From a virus (Duplodnaviria; Caudoviricetes), in the IMG/VR virus record IMGVR_UViG_3300032290_000235, positions 1 to 32,880 of that record: DNA of 32,880 bases; one strand, 5' to 3'. The notes under the pieces were generated by a model that searched no databases, was not told the origin of the DNA, and saw only the letters and a list, made by a program, of their open reading frames with translations. The translations under genes were made by a program, and so were the position numbers. Shown piece after piece: positions 1 through 7,880 of this stretch (position 1 is the stretch's first letter; every line of letters starts with the position of its first letter).

Positions 1-327
1 ACCACTGCAGCTGGAACTGGCTATCAAGCTAAGTTTACGGTTAACACTACAGCTAAAACTGCTGCTTACACTTTACTTGCTGGTGATTATGAATCTATGG
101 TTCAAATGAATGGTGCATTTGCTTTCAGCGTTACAACTGGCCTAAGCGGCGCTCCAGCTGGAACACAGATTCACCTTCTTGCTTTAACCTCTGGAGTAAG
201 CGTGTCCGCTACTGGTGTTACTCTAAATGGAACACCTGGACTTAAGCTACGCACCGCATACTCTTCAGCAACATTAATCTGTCTAGGTACGAATAACTGG
301 GTACTTGTCGGCGATTTGAGCGCGTAA
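1..327 (+). CDS. C-terminal part of a fibre/virion structural protein (5'-truncated)
   Basis: Frame 1 is open from base 1 (TTAAGTGYQAKFTVNTTAKTAAYTLLAGD...). It ends ...LRTAYSSATLICLGTNNWVLVGDLSA, a beta-rich C-terminal domain of the kind I recognise from phage fibre proteins. Confidence 0.65.
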   Translation, partial: TTAAGTGYQAKFTVNTTAKTAAYTLLAGDYESMVQMNGAFAFSVTTGLSGAPAGTQIHLLALTSGVSVSATGVTLNGTPGLKLRTAYSSATLICLGTNNWVLVGDLSA

Positions 328-328
328 C

Positions 329-1267
329 ATGCCTATAGTCGGAATAATCCACTCGTCTAGGCGCGTACCACCAGATGCTCCAACAATCGGCACAGCTACA
401 GACTCAGGCTCTGCTGGTGCAAACGGAAGAGCCTTTAACAACGGTGCAGTATCAGTAACCTTTACAGCGCCTGCTTACAATGGCGGGCTGCCTATTACAA
501 GTTATCGAGTTACAGCAAGCACAGGCCAATACCAAGACGGAGCATCTTCCCCTATTACAGTAACAGGGTTAGGCTCCTCAACAACACCTACATTTACAGT
601 AACCGCAACAAACGCCGCTGGTACAAGCTCTCCATCTGGTCAAACAGCTCAGGTACCTGTAACAACTGTTCCTGAAGCCCCTACAATTGGTTCTGCTTCA
701 GCTGGAAATGGACAAGCTACAGTTACTTATACTGCTGGCGGTTCTGGCGGTAAGACTGTTACTCAATACACTGCTACCTCTAGTCCAAGTAGCATTACTG
801 GAAACGGCGCATCTCCTATTACAGTATCTCCACTTAGTAATGGAACTCCATATACATTTACAGTAACTGCTACAAATGGAAACGGTACATCTTCGGCATC
901 AGGGCCTTCAAATCAAGTAACTCCATTTGTACCTCCAGTTCCAGCCCCTACTCCACAGCCTACGCCTCAAGCGCCTGTTCCTCAGCCTACACCGCAACCT
1001 ACCCCTCAGGCCCCAGTTGCGCCTCAACCTACTCCTCAGGCCCCTACTCCTCAACCTACTCCTCAACCTACTCCTCAGGCCCCTACACCACAGCCTGTTG
1101 CTCCTACACCGCAGCCAACTCCATCACCTACTCCAAATTATGTTTGTAATGCTAGACCAGCGGGTATTTGTACTGGAGCAGATGTTGCCAATAACTGTTG
1201 CTACCCATATACAGGCGGAGCATTCCCTGGTTGCGGCGGCTCTGGCCCTACATCATTTAGTTGCTAA
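329..1267 (+). CDS. Fibronectin type III repeat protein with Pro/Thr/Gln linker and six-Cys C-terminal module (putative fibre-tip/adhesin)
   Basis: Two FN3-like repeats (PDAPTIGTA...VSVTFTAP..NGG.PITSYRVT...FTVTATNAAGTS; PEAPTIGSA...YTFTVTATNGNGTS), then a 68-aa Pro-rich tract, then C-C-CC-C-C. Confidence 0.8.
   Translation: MPIVGIIHSSRRVPPDAPTIGTATDSGSAGANGRAFNNGAVSVTFTAPAYNGGLPITSYRVTASTGQYQDGASSPITVTGLGSSTTPTFTVTATNAAGTSSPSGQTAQVPVTTVPEAPTIGSASAGNGQATVTYTAGGSGGKTVTQYTATSSPSSITGNGASPITVSPLSNGTPYTFTVTATNGNGTSSASGPSNQVTPFVPPVPAPTPQPTPQAPVPQPTPQPTPQAPVAPQPTPQAPTPQPTPQPTPQAPTPQPVAPTPQPTPSPTPNYVCNARPAGICTGADVANNCCYPYTGGAFPGCGGSGPTSFSC
932..1135 (+). repeat. Coding PTPQ / PTPQA tandem repeat
   Basis: 68 aa with 32 Pro and about 10 PTPQ units; DNA units such as cctactcctcaa/cctactcctcag. 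Confidence 0.95.
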
Positions 1268-1295
1268 TAAAGTATTGAAAGGATAAACTATCGCC

Positions 1296-1757
1296 ATGCT
1301 TACTGATACAGACATTTTTTATTTTCCAGGCCGTGAGCCTGGAAGATTACAGATGGGTATGGCTTTCGGTATCAATGGAAAAATTATCTGTGACCTGGCG
1401 ACTTACAAAGATTTCTTTAATATGTTAAAGTCAACAGACTCTATAGAGCCTCTTACAGAAGACTGTTCTGTTGTTAACTTTATAAAAGACGGAAACATCA
1501 TAGAGACATTAAGAACTTCATCGTTTTTAGGTAGCCTATTGTGTAGTAAACCCGACTTCTTAGATATTTTTACTTATCCAAATCAGGAACAGTATGAGAA
1601 GAACAGAGGTGTAACCTCAGGTCATCTGTATACCTTTGATGATAATGGGGAGCCTATATTTACAGCCCCTGAATGGGTAAACGATGGGCCAGATGAGAAC
1701 GGTCTTCACCCAATTGATAAAGAATTTCGCCTTATGCGTTTTTATACTGGGGATTAG
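1296..1757 (+). CDS. Hypothetical protein, possibly a fibre-tip assembly/chaperone protein
   Basis: 153-aa ORF with aagga upstream, directly after the FN3 protein. Function is inferred from position only. Confidence 0.55.
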   Translation: MLTDTDIFYFPGREPGRLQMGMAFGINGKIICDLATYKDFFNMLKSTDSIEPLTEDCSVVNFIKDGNIIETLRTSSFLGSLLCSKPDFLDIFTYPNQEQYEKNRGVTSGHLYTFDDNGEPIFTAPEWVNDGPDENGLHPIDKEFRLMRFYTGD

Positions 1758-1759
1758 TT

Positions 1760-2038
1760 ATGGAAACCCCTTTTAGTAAATTTGTCTCTAACTACGCTGA
1801 CGAAAAGAAAGCACTTGAAAAAGAGATTAGTGAGAACAAGCGTACAGTTCGGCCTTGGGATGTTATTAACCCAAACACGCATTGGACTATTAAAGAGATA
1901 TCACAGGCTCGTATGGCTATCTGCAATGAGTGCCCCAGATTAATTAAGTTTACAAAACAATGTAAAGAGTGCGGATGTTTCATGTCTGTAAAAACAATGC
2001 TAGAAGATGCGGTATGTCCTATAGGTAAGTGGGTATAA
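1760..2038 (+). CDS. Small Cys-rich metal-binding protein (DUF6171-like)
   Basis: R-MAI-CNEC-P...CKECGC-FM..K......CP-IGKW motif. Confidence 0.7.
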   Translation: METPFSKFVSNYADEKKALEKEISENKRTVRPWDVINPNTHWTIKEISQARMAICNECPRLIKFTKQCKECGCFMSVKTMLEDAVCPIGKWV

Positions 2039-2039
2039 C

Positions 2040-2813
2040 ATGGCTGAATCATTTTTTGACAAGTACACTTCTGTACACGGAGACGTTCCTCCGCCACCAG
2101 AGGGTAAAGGCGTCCCATACCCACCAGAATGGGAACCAAAAGAAGAGCCAGTTGTAGAACTCAGCCCCCCTACTCGCGTCCCTGACCATATAGAGGTTAA
2201 CGGAGAAGAGCTTGTACCAGGAGTGTGGGTATATAAAAACGTGTTTAAAAACCCAGAAAAAACCATTAACTTGATTAATGCTTTGTTTGGTCATCTATTT
2301 TCTGATGCTTTAGTGTATGAGGGTAAAGACAAGCCTTTAGATAACATCAACAAGAAAACACGCGACTGCTCAGTTATGGGAATGCCCGCCGCTGCTGTGG
2401 ATAGCTACAGCGTCGACCAACAGAACTTATATTATCTAATTGAAGACTCTATGATGGCTTGTTTTGCAGACTATAAGCATCAATATGGGCTTGGCAATGA
2501 GCTCGTAGGGGACTCTTGGCAAGTTTTAAAGTATGGAGCGGGGCAAAAGTTTGATAGTCATGCTGATGATGGGCCAAGGTTTCCAAGAACAGTCTCAATT
2601 ACAGCTTACCTAAATGATAACTACACTGGCGGCGAGTTGATTTACAAGCACTTTAATCTGACATACAAACCAGAACCTGGTGACGTGCTAGTTTTTCCAT
2701 CTAATTATATCTATAATCATCAGGTGGTGCCTGTAGTATCTGGGCTACGATATGCCATTGTAAACTGGTTTAGATGGAACACGCTCAATTTAGACTTAGG
2801 GAGGCCACAATGA
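2040..2813 (+). CDS. 2OG-Fe(II) oxygenase, prolyl 4-hydroxylase-like
   Basis: WQVLKY..GQKFDSHADD (HxD), YLNDNYTGGEL, KPEPGDVLVFPS..Y.HQVVPV.SGLRY (distal His and 2OG-binding Arg). Confidence 0.85.
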   Translation: MAESFFDKYTSVHGDVPPPPEGKGVPYPPEWEPKEEPVVELSPPTRVPDHIEVNGEELVPGVWVYKNVFKNPEKTINLINALFGHLFSDALVYEGKDKPLDNINKKTRDCSVMGMPAAAVDSYSVDQQNLYYLIEDSMMACFADYKHQYGLGNELVGDSWQVLKYGAGQKFDSHADDGPRFPRTVSITAYLNDNYTGGELIYKHFNLTYKPEPGDVLVFPSNYIYNHQVVPVVSGLRYAIVNWFRWNTLNLDLGRPQ

Positions 2814-3385
2814 TAAATATAAAAGAGCCAATGCTTTTACAGAACATTATTCCAGCCGATGAATACGAGCATTTCATGCTCTACTTAAAGAACTTTCCAA
2901 GAGAAAGAATGAACTGGGCAGATTCTAATGGACGTTGGTTAGTAACAGACCCTGTTATTGACCATTATTCACGTTTACTCTTACCCTTAGCTAGAGAAAC
3001 GTTTGAAAGTAGTAGCCTTTTACCTTCTTACTCTTTGTTCTCTCACTATGAGGGGCAGAAGGCATATTTACAACGCCATAAGGATGACAATGCTTGCACT
3101 TACACAATTGATATGTGTGTGTATCAGACCGAACCTTGGGACCTATATGTTGAAGGAAAACCGTACACTCTTCAGCCTAATGAGGCGTTAGCATACTATG
3201 GAAATAACCAAGAGCATTGGCGGGAAGCGTTTCCTAACCCAGATGAGCAAAATGTTGCAATGATTTTCTTTCACTATGTTGAACCAGACCACTGGTATTA
3301 CATGAAGGGCCCCGACTATTTAAATGTAATTAGAAACATAGAAACAGAAGAGGTTTGGAAAAAGCGTAACACTGGGCGCGGCTAA
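2810..3385 (+). CDS. Second 2OG-Fe(II) oxygenase (different phage subfamily)
   Basis: PSYSLFSHY...LQRHKD..ACTY (HxD) and EHWREAF...IFFHYV. Start set at ATG 2810 because of GGAGG upstream and an ATGA overlap with the previous stop. Confidence 0.75.
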   Translation: MINIKEPMLLQNIIPADEYEHFMLYLKNFPRERMNWADSNGRWLVTDPVIDHYSRLLLPLARETFESSSLLPSYSLFSHYEGQKAYLQRHKDDNACTYTIDMCVYQTEPWDLYVEGKPYTLQPNEALAYYGNNQEHWREAFPNPDEQNVAMIFFHYVEPDHWYYMKGPDYLNVIRNIETEEVWKKRNTGRG

Positions 3386-4341
3386 TGAAGACAGCGCTAG
3401 TATTAGGCGCTGGTGGCTTTATCGGAAGCCACCTTGTAGCTAGATTAAAAGACGACGGTTATTGGGTACGCGGGGTTGACTTAAAGCTCCCAGAGTATTG
3501 GGATACTAAAGCTGACGATTTTGTCGTGGGAGACCTCCGTGACCCCGTTTTAACAGAAGAAGTAATTGACCGTGTTTTTGATGAGGTTTACCAGTTAGCT
3601 GCTGATATGGGCGGTGCGGGGTATATTAACTCTGGCGATAATGATGCAGAGGTTATGGGTAACTCTATATTAATCAACGTAAACGTGTTAAAACGTTGCC
3701 ACGCAATTGGTATCCAAAGTGTATTTTTCTCTTCTACAGCGTGTGTATATCCAGAATATAACCAGATGAACCCCGATGAGGTAACCTGCAAAGAGAATAC
3801 GGTTTACCCAGCAGACCCCGACACCGAGTACGGTTGGGAAAAGCTTTTTAGTGAAAGGCTATACCTAGCCTACAACCGAAACTACGGTATGAAAAATAAG
3901 ATTGCTAGATACCACAATGTATTTGGCCCTTACGGAACTTGGGACGGGGGCAAAGAAAAGGCCCCAGCAGCAATTTGCCGTAAAGTTGCTCAAGCTACTG
4001 ACACAATTGAGATTTGGGGAGACGGCACTCAATATCGTTCTTTTTTGTTTATTGATGAGTGTATAAAGGCAACTGTAGATTTTTATAGGGAAGGCTCTTT
4101 TTTTGAGCCAATTAACATCGGCTCAGAGCGTGGGCTTTCTATCAACACACTCGTTGACATAGTTTCAGAGATTGCTGGTAAATCGTTAACTAAATATCAT
4201 GTGCCTGGCCCTCTCGGGGTACTAGCTCGATACTCCGATAATGACTTAATTTTTAAAGTTCTTGGGTGGAAACCTGATGAAAATCTAGAGTATGGTTTAG
4301 AGAAGACCTATGCTTGGATTAAGGAACAGGTAGATGGATAA
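3385..4341 (+). CDS. NAD-dependent sugar epimerase, GDP-mannose 3,5-epimerase (GME)-like
   Basis: GAGGFIG Rossmann motif, QLAADMGGAGYI, SSTACVYP (GME catalytic Cys position), YGWEK (YxxxK) and WDGGKEKAPAAICRK (GME catalytic Lys position). Confidence 0.85.
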   Translation: MKTALVLGAGGFIGSHLVARLKDDGYWVRGVDLKLPEYWDTKADDFVVGDLRDPVLTEEVIDRVFDEVYQLAADMGGAGYINSGDNDAEVMGNSILINVNVLKRCHAIGIQSVFFSSTACVYPEYNQMNPDEVTCKENTVYPADPDTEYGWEKLFSERLYLAYNRNYGMKNKIARYHNVFGPYGTWDGGKEKAPAAICRKVAQATDTIEIWGDGTQYRSFLFIDECIKATVDFYREGSFFEPINIGSERGLSINTLVDIVSEIAGKSLTKYHVPGPLGVLARYSDNDLIFKVLGWKPDENLEYGLEKTYAWIKEQVDG

Positions 4342-5380
4342 CCCTTTATTTTTCCAGCTTTGGAACCCTACTGGTATGGTGAATCAAGTTATGAGTTTAG
4401 AACTCGCAGTAGGGCTCGCGCATGAAACTAAAAGGAATATAACTGTCCATTACATGGTAAATAATGGGGATAGCCTTTATCAAAATAAAAAGGTGCCCGT
4501 GTATACCCCAAGCAGGTGGTATAACAACCAACGAGCTTCTTTTATTAACCAAGACCACTTTCCACATATTTTAGACCTGCTTGACATCCCAGATGTCGGT
4601 ATTTCTTTTATTGATGAAAAAGTTGAAGCGTTCCCTTTAGAAACCCATATATTAGACCCGATGGCTTACAGGTACTACTACAGCTCATCCTCAGAAATGT
4701 CAGATGATGAGCATGAGTTTGCAGAGGGTAGAGAACGCTTAGACCTTTCTGGGGTACCTCATTTAAAGGGGACCCTTGGTTGGTACTCAAGGTTTTTCTA
4801 TAATCGCTCAAAAGAGCTAGACCTTGTGCTAAGCCAAGTAAAGTTTAAAAAAGAATATCAGGACCTGGCGGACCAAATCTGTTCTGCAATTGGGCCCTTT
4901 ATAGGAATGCATTTGAGATTGTCAGACCATATAAAGATGTTTAATACTACTCAGGATATGTTTGAATCTAGGCTTTCACAGGTAGAGGGTTCACCGCTAC
5001 CCATCGTAGTAAGCACCTGTGAGCCTGGAAACCCCATGGTCGTTAAGAATAGGAAACGCTTCATACTACTAGATGAGTACATTATCGCTAACTTTTCAAA
5101 ACAATTTAAAGAACTACCTTATCAAGATGAAGTTACCTTTGGTTTAATATGCTGTTTAGTCATGTGCCGAGCTTCTGAGTTTATTGGCACTTCGGGCAGC
5201 ACCTACACTGGCTATATTCAAAGGCTAAGAAACCAATATAATCTAGTTGAAGATTGGAAGTTTTTTGATATAGACAGCTCTCAAACTAATACCAAGTATT
5301 CTTGGAATGACTATGACCTAACTGTTGATAGAAAGATGTGGTGGCGTGAGTGGAGGGAGTCAAAACTTGAAATTACTTAA
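4334..5380 (+). CDS. O-fucosyltransferase-like GDP-sugar glycosyltransferase (POFUT/NodZ-like GT-B fold)
   Basis: GMVNQ...AVGLA..TKR, IGMHLRLSDH (H-x-R-x-x-D) and ASEFIGTSGSTYTGYIQRLR, the three motifs typical of the O-FucT superfamily. Confidence 0.75.
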   Translation: MDNPLFFQLWNPTGMVNQVMSLELAVGLAHETKRNITVHYMVNNGDSLYQNKKVPVYTPSRWYNNQRASFINQDHFPHILDLLDIPDVGISFIDEKVEAFPLETHILDPMAYRYYYSSSSEMSDDEHEFAEGRERLDLSGVPHLKGTLGWYSRFFYNRSKELDLVLSQVKFKKEYQDLADQICSAIGPFIGMHLRLSDHIKMFNTTQDMFESRLSQVEGSPLPIVVSTCEPGNPMVVKNRKRFILLDEYIIANFSKQFKELPYQDEVTFGLICCLVMCRASEFIGTSGSTYTGYIQRLRNQYNLVEDWKFFDIDSSQTNTKYSWNDYDLTVDRKMWWREWRESKLEIT

Positions 5381-5450
5381 ACGGTGGATTTTTATGTATA
5401 AGATGAAAAAAGCTTATAAAAAGATAAAAAAAAGCAAACTGTTATACTAA
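5367..5450 (+). CDS. 27-aa basic peptide (MKLLKRWIFMYKMKKAYKKIKKSKLLY), not in the ORF track
   Basis: TTG start preceded by GGAGGGAG (5352-5359) at 7-nt spacing; overlaps the GT stop; TAA at 5448-5450. Confidence 0.55.
   Translation: MKLLKRWIFMYKMKKAYKKIKKSKLLY
5443..5448 (+). promoter_or_regulatory. Putative -10 box (TATACT) for leaderless transcription of the SGNH gene
   Basis: TATACT lies 7 nt before ATG 5456, and there is no SD. Confidence 0.4.
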
Positions 5451-5455
5451 CTGCT

Positions 5456-6412
5456 ATGAATTACAGAATGTTCAATACAAGGCCTATACCGCATTTTGGA
5501 GGTCATGATAAGGACATGCCTGAACGAGACCACTCAACTGTTACAGGTTGGATAGGTGCTCATTCAGAAATTGCTGTGGATAGATATAATTACGTTTGGA
5601 ATAGTGACGGCTTACGCTCCGTTGAGTTTTCCACTAAGCCAGAGATTATTGCATTAGGCTGCTCTATTACCTTAGGTCAGGGGCTTCCAATTGAACACAC
5701 ATGGGTAGACATCCTGTCAAAAAAGCTTAACAAGCCAATAGGAAATATCTCATATAGTGGCGCATCGGCAGCTAAAGATGTATCCAGTTTTTTTGGGTTA
5801 ATCCATAAATATAACTATATACCAAAGGTTGTAATTGCAAATTTTGCAAATATGCAACGACTTTATTTTATTGACCCTATGAATGAATACATGCGAGATT
5901 ATTTTCTAAATAATGAGCCTAGAATCAGTAAGGCGCTAGTACCGTTTGAATATGGGCAAATAATTCCCTACGAGTGGGTCTACTATCAAAACTTTGACCA
6001 CATAAAGATGCTTGAAGCCTTTTGTAAGGTAAACAACATCTTACTTATATGGAGCTCGTGGTCAACAAATATGCCAGATAATATGGAAGATTTTATTAAC
6101 GCGACGTTTGATAACTATGTTAGCGACCCTACAAGGGGTGAGTTTCCAGATAATTTTGAATACAGCGTAGATGTCAAATCGCCAGTCGAGCTCCCAAACA
6201 TGTTTAAGATGTACAACTGGGACTCTATGCAATGCCACTTAACTGAGTTTGATGAGGAGCCTGAGGCTTTTCATCACGGCTACGATTTTCATAAAATTGC
6301 TGGTGAGTGGGGGCCTGGAGCATACTGGCCTCACCCTGGTCGGCATAGGCATATACATTGGGCTGACTTTTATTATGAAGAATTGAAGAAGCGTGATTAT
6401 ATTCGGAGTTAA
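5456..6412 (+). CDS. SGNH/GDSL-like hydrolase or acyltransferase
   Basis: NSDGLRS..F, IIALGCSITLG (block I), NISYSGAS (block II) and C-terminal HPG...H..WA. Confidence 0.65.
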   Translation: MNYRMFNTRPIPHFGGHDKDMPERDHSTVTGWIGAHSEIAVDRYNYVWNSDGLRSVEFSTKPEIIALGCSITLGQGLPIEHTWVDILSKKLNKPIGNISYSGASAAKDVSSFFGLIHKYNYIPKVVIANFANMQRLYFIDPMNEYMRDYFLNNEPRISKALVPFEYGQIIPYEWVYYQNFDHIKMLEAFCKVNNILLIWSSWSTNMPDNMEDFINATFDNYVSDPTRGEFPDNFEYSVDVKSPVELPNMFKMYNWDSMQCHLTEFDEEPEAFHHGYDFHKIAGEWGPGAYWPHPGRHRHIHWADFYYEELKKRDYIRS

Positions 6413-7829
6413 TGAGGGGGCTCATGACGCTTCCCTGTCGGTAGTAAGAGACGGTCAAATATTATTTGCTGGCCACGCTGAACGACAGAGCAAGGTAAAA
6501 AATGATTGGTTTATAAACCCTTTATTGCTTAATGAGGCTTTGGCTTACGGTACCCCCGATAAGATTGCCTACTATGAAAAGCCAGTTTTAAAAACAACTA
6601 GGCTTTTACTAAGAAATGGCTTAGGTCAGAAGCGCCTTAAGTATACGCTTACTGGTCTTGAGAACGTGCCAACACAAACTTTTAAACACCACCACTCACA
6701 CGCGGCTGCTGGGTACTATACAAGCGGATTATCAGAGGCCGTAGTAGTCGTTCTTGATGCTATAGGCGAATGGGAGACTACTTCTATTTGGGTAGGGTCT
6801 GGGGATACTTTAAAGCGTGTATATAGCAAAAGATACCCATTTAGCTTCGGTCTTTTTTATACAGCATTTACTGACCTACTCGGTCTTAAGCCAAATGAAG
6901 AAGAGTACATAATGATGGGTATGGCTGGCTATGGCAACAAGCACCGTTATAAAGAAAAAGTAAACTCTTATTTTCCAAGCATTACCTCTCAAAAGTACAA
7001 CTTCCATAAAGGAGTTCTTGACTGGGATGAGCCTTTAGATGAGCAATCTAAATTTGATATTGCAGCCGCTGTACAAGCTGTATATGAAGATAGGCTCATT
7101 GAGTTTATGAGCTATGCCAAAACACTTACTGGTAAGTCTAACCTTGTATTCATGGGTGGGTGTGCCCTTAATTGTTCAGCAAACACCCTTCTACGTAACT
7201 TATTTGATTCAATCTGGATTATGCCAAGCCCTGGGGATTCAGGCAGCAGCCTGGGGGCAGCGGCGGCTTTATATGGAAAGCATTTAAATTGGGAAGGCCC
7301 ATACTTAGGGACTAATATAGAAGGCGAGTACCCTGTACAAGCGGCCTTAGAAGAATTAAAGTCTAATCAAATAGTAGCCGTTGCAAGCGGTAGAGCTGAG
7401 TACGGCCCAAGAGCCCTTGGAAATAGGAGCATACTAGCGGACCCTAGAACCGCAGATATTAAAGATAAAGTAAATCTGATAAAGAAACGAGAACTGTTCA
7501 GACCCTTTGCCCCTGTGGTACTAGAAGAGTTTGCTAACGAGTGGTTTGATATAGCTCAGCCCTCTCCTTATATGCAGTTTGCTGTTAGATGCAAGCGCCC
7601 AGATGATATACCTTCTGTTGTTCATATTGATGGCACATCACGGGTTCAAACAGTAAACGCCCATCAGCATCCTGGACTTTATAGCCTTCTGACACAGTGG
7701 CATGAGTATTCGGGCGTACCTATTTTATTGAACACCAGTTTGAATATAAAGGGGCAACCTCTACTTAATGATATGGCAGACGTTGCTACCTGGCAGATAA
7801 CTTATCCATCAACAAAGATTGTGTACTGA
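6393..7829 (+). CDS. NodU/CmcH-family O-carbamoyltransferase
   Basis: HDAS, HHHSHAA, DAIGE, GGCALN, PSPGDSG, EYGPRALGNRSILADPR, KRELFRPFAP, VHIDGTSRVQTV and LNTSLN. Confidence 0.95.
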   Translation: MIIFGVNEGAHDASLSVVRDGQILFAGHAERQSKVKNDWFINPLLLNEALAYGTPDKIAYYEKPVLKTTRLLLRNGLGQKRLKYTLTGLENVPTQTFKHHHSHAAAGYYTSGLSEAVVVVLDAIGEWETTSIWVGSGDTLKRVYSKRYPFSFGLFYTAFTDLLGLKPNEEEYIMMGMAGYGNKHRYKEKVNSYFPSITSQKYNFHKGVLDWDEPLDEQSKFDIAAAVQAVYEDRLIEFMSYAKTLTGKSNLVFMGGCALNCSANTLLRNLFDSIWIMPSPGDSGSSLGAAAALYGKHLNWEGPYLGTNIEGEYPVQAALEELKSNQIVAVASGRAEYGPRALGNRSILADPRTADIKDKVNLIKKRELFRPFAPVVLEEFANEWFDIAQPSPYMQFAVRCKRPDDIPSVVHIDGTSRVQTVNAHQHPGLYSLLTQWHEYSGVPILLNTSLNIKGQPLLNDMADVATWQITYPSTKIVY

Positions 7830-7851
7830 CAATCACTAAATCCCTTAAATA

Positions 7852-7880
7852 CTGACAAAGCCTAATATCTCTTAGACAAT
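7852..7880 (+). promoter_or_regulatory. Putative phage late promoter (CTGAC-N18-GACAAT)
   Basis: The same two-box geometry recurs at 14102, 16728 and 19238, each upstream of structural genes. Confidence 0.45.

Noticed and set aside
927-1286. 119-aa Leu-rich overlapping ORF
   Set aside because: Frame-shifted reading of the PTPQ repeat.
3385-4341. Ascorbate synthesis (Smirnoff-Wheeler pathway) to supply the prolyl hydroxylase
   Set aside because: GME is in that pathway, but no GDP-L-galactose phosphorylase, phosphatase or dehydrogenases are present in the window. The adjacent GT explains the product more simply.
2040-7829. DNA hypermodification cluster (oxygenase, GT and carbamoyltransferase acting on bases)
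   Set aside because: Disfavoured rather than excluded. The oxygenases look P4H-like rather than TET/JBP-like, there are no thymidylate synthase or kinase genes in the window, and the context is structural.
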